Source of the DNA: a bacterium
GTDB taxonomy: Bacteria > Zhuqueibacterota > Zhuqueibacteria > Oceanimicrobiales > Oceanimicrobiaceae
DNA: 29,496 nt
Direction: 5' to 3'
NCBI GenBank assembly: GCA_046757525.1
Contig: JBHHYI010000034.1
Span: 1 to 29,496 of the forward strand
Shown here piece by piece: positions 26,923 to 29,496 of this stretch (position 1 is the stretch's first letter; each line of letters starts with the position of its first letter). The notes under the pieces are model-generated. The model did no database searches, was not told where the DNA came from, and saw nothing but the letters and a program-made list of their open reading frames with translations. The translations under genes were made by a program, and so were the position numbers.

Positions 26923-27298
26923 ATTTATTCTTACGACTGCCTTCAATCCAAATGGTAATCTTGTTGGGTACGCAAACGACGACTTCCCCAGTTCTGCTGA
27001 TCTTCCCCTGGTGCACACACAACTTCTGAGGACAATCCGAATCCAGAACGCGAATGGCGGAATCGGAAATCTCAATCGTGGTCTGGCCCATGGCCCCTCT
27101 TATCTTAAAAACCCGATTCTCGGACAAATTCTTCCGCAGCAACAAGCGGTTTTGCACCATGATTGTGGCTGTTTGACCCTGACTGGAAAAAAAGTGAAAC
27201 AAAAAAGAGCTGCCCAGTCCGGTTAACAACAGCAGGCCAATCAGCAGCTTGTCTCCACGGGTAAGAAGCCTTGTCAACTCTGTCGCAAGTCTACTCAT
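26903..27298 (-). CDS. NusG domain II-containing membrane protein (DUF1312)
   Basis: N-terminal TM after RGDK, then SDCPQKLCVHQGKIS..GEVVVCVPNK and C-terminal FDAVTG. Confidence 0.9.
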   Translation of the reverse strand: MSRLATELTRLLTRGDKLLIGLLLLTGLGSSFLFHFFSSQGQTATIMVQNRLLLRKNLSENRVFKIRGAMGQTTIEISDSAIRVLDSDCPQKLCVHQGKISRTGEVVVCVPNKITIWIEGSRKNKFDAVTG

Positions 27299-29496
27299 TG
27301 GGTCGCAAAGACTCTAAAGCTCTAATTCTTTGCTGAGCTTGTTTTATGTATTCCAGAGAGCGCTTGTGGTGGGGCTCTAACCTCAACACTTCATCCCACT
27401 TTCTTATGGCGTCCCGGTATTTTTCTAAAGTAAAAAGCTTCATGCCGGCATTGAACAGATTCTCTGCCATTTCGCCGATGATGGCGGTGCACTTGTTCAA
27501 TTCTGTTTGTGCAGAAACATTGTTCGGCTCCAACTTCAATATCTGTCTGTAAGTTTCCGCTGCTTGCACATAGTTCTTGGCCTGGAACTGCTTTTGGCCT
27601 TGTTCAAACAGGCGAACGATTTGGAGCTGGGACTCGGTTGCTTGTTTCCCTTTTTGCGCTTTTGAATCTTTGGGAGATAACTTCAGAGTTTTCTCATAAT
27701 AGGCCAACGCCTCTTCCCACCGGCGATTCTGGAAATGCGCTTCGGCCTGTTCCAAATAATCCTGGACTTTTTTTGCCCGCTCATTGCGCAGTTTGGCTAA
27801 ATTCCGTTTTGCGGCCAGGTGTTTGGGATCGATGGAGAGCACCCATAAGAGCGCGGATTCGGCAGCGGTGAAGTTTTCGTTACGATAGGCCCGCAGCCCT
27901 TCCTGGAACTTGTTTTCCACAAAGACTTCTATCTTGGGTTTTAGAACGGCAATCCGCCTTTTGGCCACGCCATTATCTTGATCGAGATTCAGCACTTCCA
28001 GGTATTTCTTGACCGCGTCTACATAGTTTTTCTTCCTTTCCAGGGCCTTTGCCGACTGCAACAACCTGGCTTCCTGATCAGCAATTTCCCCAAACTTCGC
28101 TTTTGTTCGATCCAAATAAGTGGCAGCCTCCTTGAATTCAGGATTGGCTTCCAGGGCCAGCGAAAACTGCTTCTCAGCCTGAGCATACTTTTTTTGTTGA
28201 TAGTAGCCTACCCCGCGGAAAAAATATTCTTCGGCCATGGCACTCAACATGCTATCAGCCTGGGTGATGTATTTCGACGCCTCCTCGTTGTCCTTGTCAA
28301 AAACAAGAACCTGCTTGAAAGTCTTTTTGGCATCGGCATAATCGCCGGAATTAAACTGCTGTACACCGGAATCATAAGCGTTGGCTATGAAATCGTCGAT
28401 CACGGGCTTGAGAATTTGCAGATTTCGGCGCGCTCTTATGGAATTTGGTTCCAACTCCATGACCCGATTCAAGATAAGGGCTGCATAAAGTTTCTGTTTG
28501 TCATCCTTGGCCATGAGTTTCCGGGACACCGCATAGAGAGAGTCTGCCAAGAACCTGGTTCGCAGCTCTCTTTTTTCCAAAGCGTCAATGGCTTTCTGCA
28601 CGGTCAAGTCACGCTCGTCCATGAGCTTGAACGACAAATACTTCTTGAACTCCTGGACCGCCAGTTTAAACTTGCGTTGCTTTACGTAGGCTTCCCCCGA
28701 TTTGTAATGGTTCGCAGCTATGCGCCTGGGATGCTGGCTAATCCGCACAGAAATGGTCAGAATGAAGCGTTCCTGGTTGTTGGCGTAGGCTAAATCGAAG
28801 GAGAAAATGTCCTCGGAGAAGCCTAAACCCACTCCCAAATTGTCGAAGTCTAAATTTTCCACGCCTGAAAACAGGGTAAATCTCCTGGACAGCCTCACGC
28901 CCAATCCCAAATGGGTTGAATCGTTGCCTTTGTTGACGTCCAGTCCTGAGTTGAAAAGAATGCCTGCGGCTGGAAACAGATAGCTGAGACCAAACCGAGC
29001 AGAGGTCTCAAAGTTCCTGCCGTTAAGCGCCAAATTGTTCAGAGTTATGCCAAAGCTCAATTTGTCCAAAGTCGTGGCACGCCCTGGCACAGGCAGCGGT
29101 CGGTCAAAAGTGCCGATGCGAGTGTTGCCGAGAAACAAAGCGACACTGGCCGAAGCGGACAATTCGTCGTTGCGTTTCTCGATGTTAAAATTGGTTCCCA
29201 ACGAAAACGCATTGGCGACTTCGTAGCCCCACGACGCCGTGCCGCGCGAAACACTGCTGGACAGACTGTCCGTCGTCGTGGTAATTCGTGCAAGAGCAGC
29301 CCCAAAAGTTCCAAACATGGGGATGTGTTGCGTGAGTCCGATGAAGTTGTACGCAAAAGCCTGATTGAGGCTCATTAAAATCTCGCGGTCTTTTAAACCG
29401 GAAAGCGCCGCCGGATTCCAAAAAATCGTAGATGGGTCGCGGGCCAGAACCACCAGCGAACCGCCAAAGCCAACCGACCGGGAGCCTGGCACAAAC
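27291..29496 (-). CDS. PorV/PorQ-like beta-barrel fused to a long TPR array (5' partial)
   Basis: PGSRSVGFGG...DPSTIFWNPAAL is a PorV/FadL-type N-terminal motif. Alternating beta strands end at FDLAY...FILTISV, followed by many TPR motifs. The frame is open to the window edge. Confidence 0.75.
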   Translation of the reverse strand, partial: FVPGSRSVGFGGSLVVLARDPSTIFWNPAALSGLKDREILMSLNQAFAYNFIGLTQHIPMFGTFGAALARITTTTDSLSSSVSRGTASWGYEVANAFSLGTNFNIEKRNDELSASASVALFLGNTRIGTFDRPLPVPGRATTLDKLSFGITLNNLALNGRNFETSARFGLSYLFPAAGILFNSGLDVNKGNDSTHLGLGVRLSRRFTLFSGVENLDFDNLGVGLGFSEDIFSFDLAYANNQERFILTISVRISQHPRRIAANHYKSGEAYVKQRKFKLAVQEFKKYLSFKLMDERDLTVQKAIDALEKRELRTRFLADSLYAVSRKLMAKDDKQKLYAALILNRVMELEPNSIRARRNLQILKPVIDDFIANAYDSGVQQFNSGDYADAKKTFKQVLVFDKDNEEASKYITQADSMLSAMAEEYFFRGVGYYQQKKYAQAEKQFSLALEANPEFKEAATYLDRTKAKFGEIADQEARLLQSAKALERKKNYVDAVKKYLEVLNLDQDNGVAKRRIAVLKPKIEVFVENKFQEGLRAYRNENFTAAESALLWVLSIDPKHLAAKRNLAKLRNERAKKVQDYLEQAEAHFQNRRWEEALAYYEKTLKLSPKDSKAQKGKQATESQLQIVRLFEQGQKQFQAKNYVQAAETYRQILKLEPNNVSAQTELNKCTAIIGEMAENLFNAGMKLFTLEKYRDAIRKWDEVLRLEPHHKRSLEYIKQAQQRIRALESLRPNE

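Noticed and set aside
27978..28793. Long antisense ORFs (for example 271 aa here, 7739-8419, 11794-12519, 19311-20009)
   Set aside because: Shadow frames opposite well-supported genes, with no recognisable motifs.

Overview
Bacterial chromosomal segment with no rRNA, tRNA, CRISPR array or transposase. Gene content and order (purC-psd-pssA-purS-purQ-DUF4321-tatA-gatA, a PorV-like barrel, a CAYYNTF-type TPR lipoprotein) suggest an FCB-group diderm such as KSB1, Calditrichota or Ignavibacteria; this is inference. Most of the window is minus-strand housekeeping: PorV-like/TPR, NusG-II, Gx transporter, TPR lipoprotein, pyrK, pyrD, cdsA; then ecfT, truA, fsa/tal, htrA, purB, purC, psd, pssA, purS, purQ, DUF4321, two tatA, gatA, gatB and DUF2294. 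A plus-strand island carries an OPT transporter, a stand-alone PqqD/RRE protein, an M20 peptidase and an M29-like protein that has lost most metal ligands. The left end holds a lipoprotein, a GAF sigma54 activator and the start of a Ser/Thr kinase missing from the ORF track. The best novelty candidates are: (1) a riboswitch-like attenuator directly behind the DUF2294/MpsC gene, followed by an unannotated 38-aa membrane peptide with its own terminator; (2) the OPT-RRE-peptidase-pseudopeptidase module; (3) dispersed GTCAT-type palindromic repeats.
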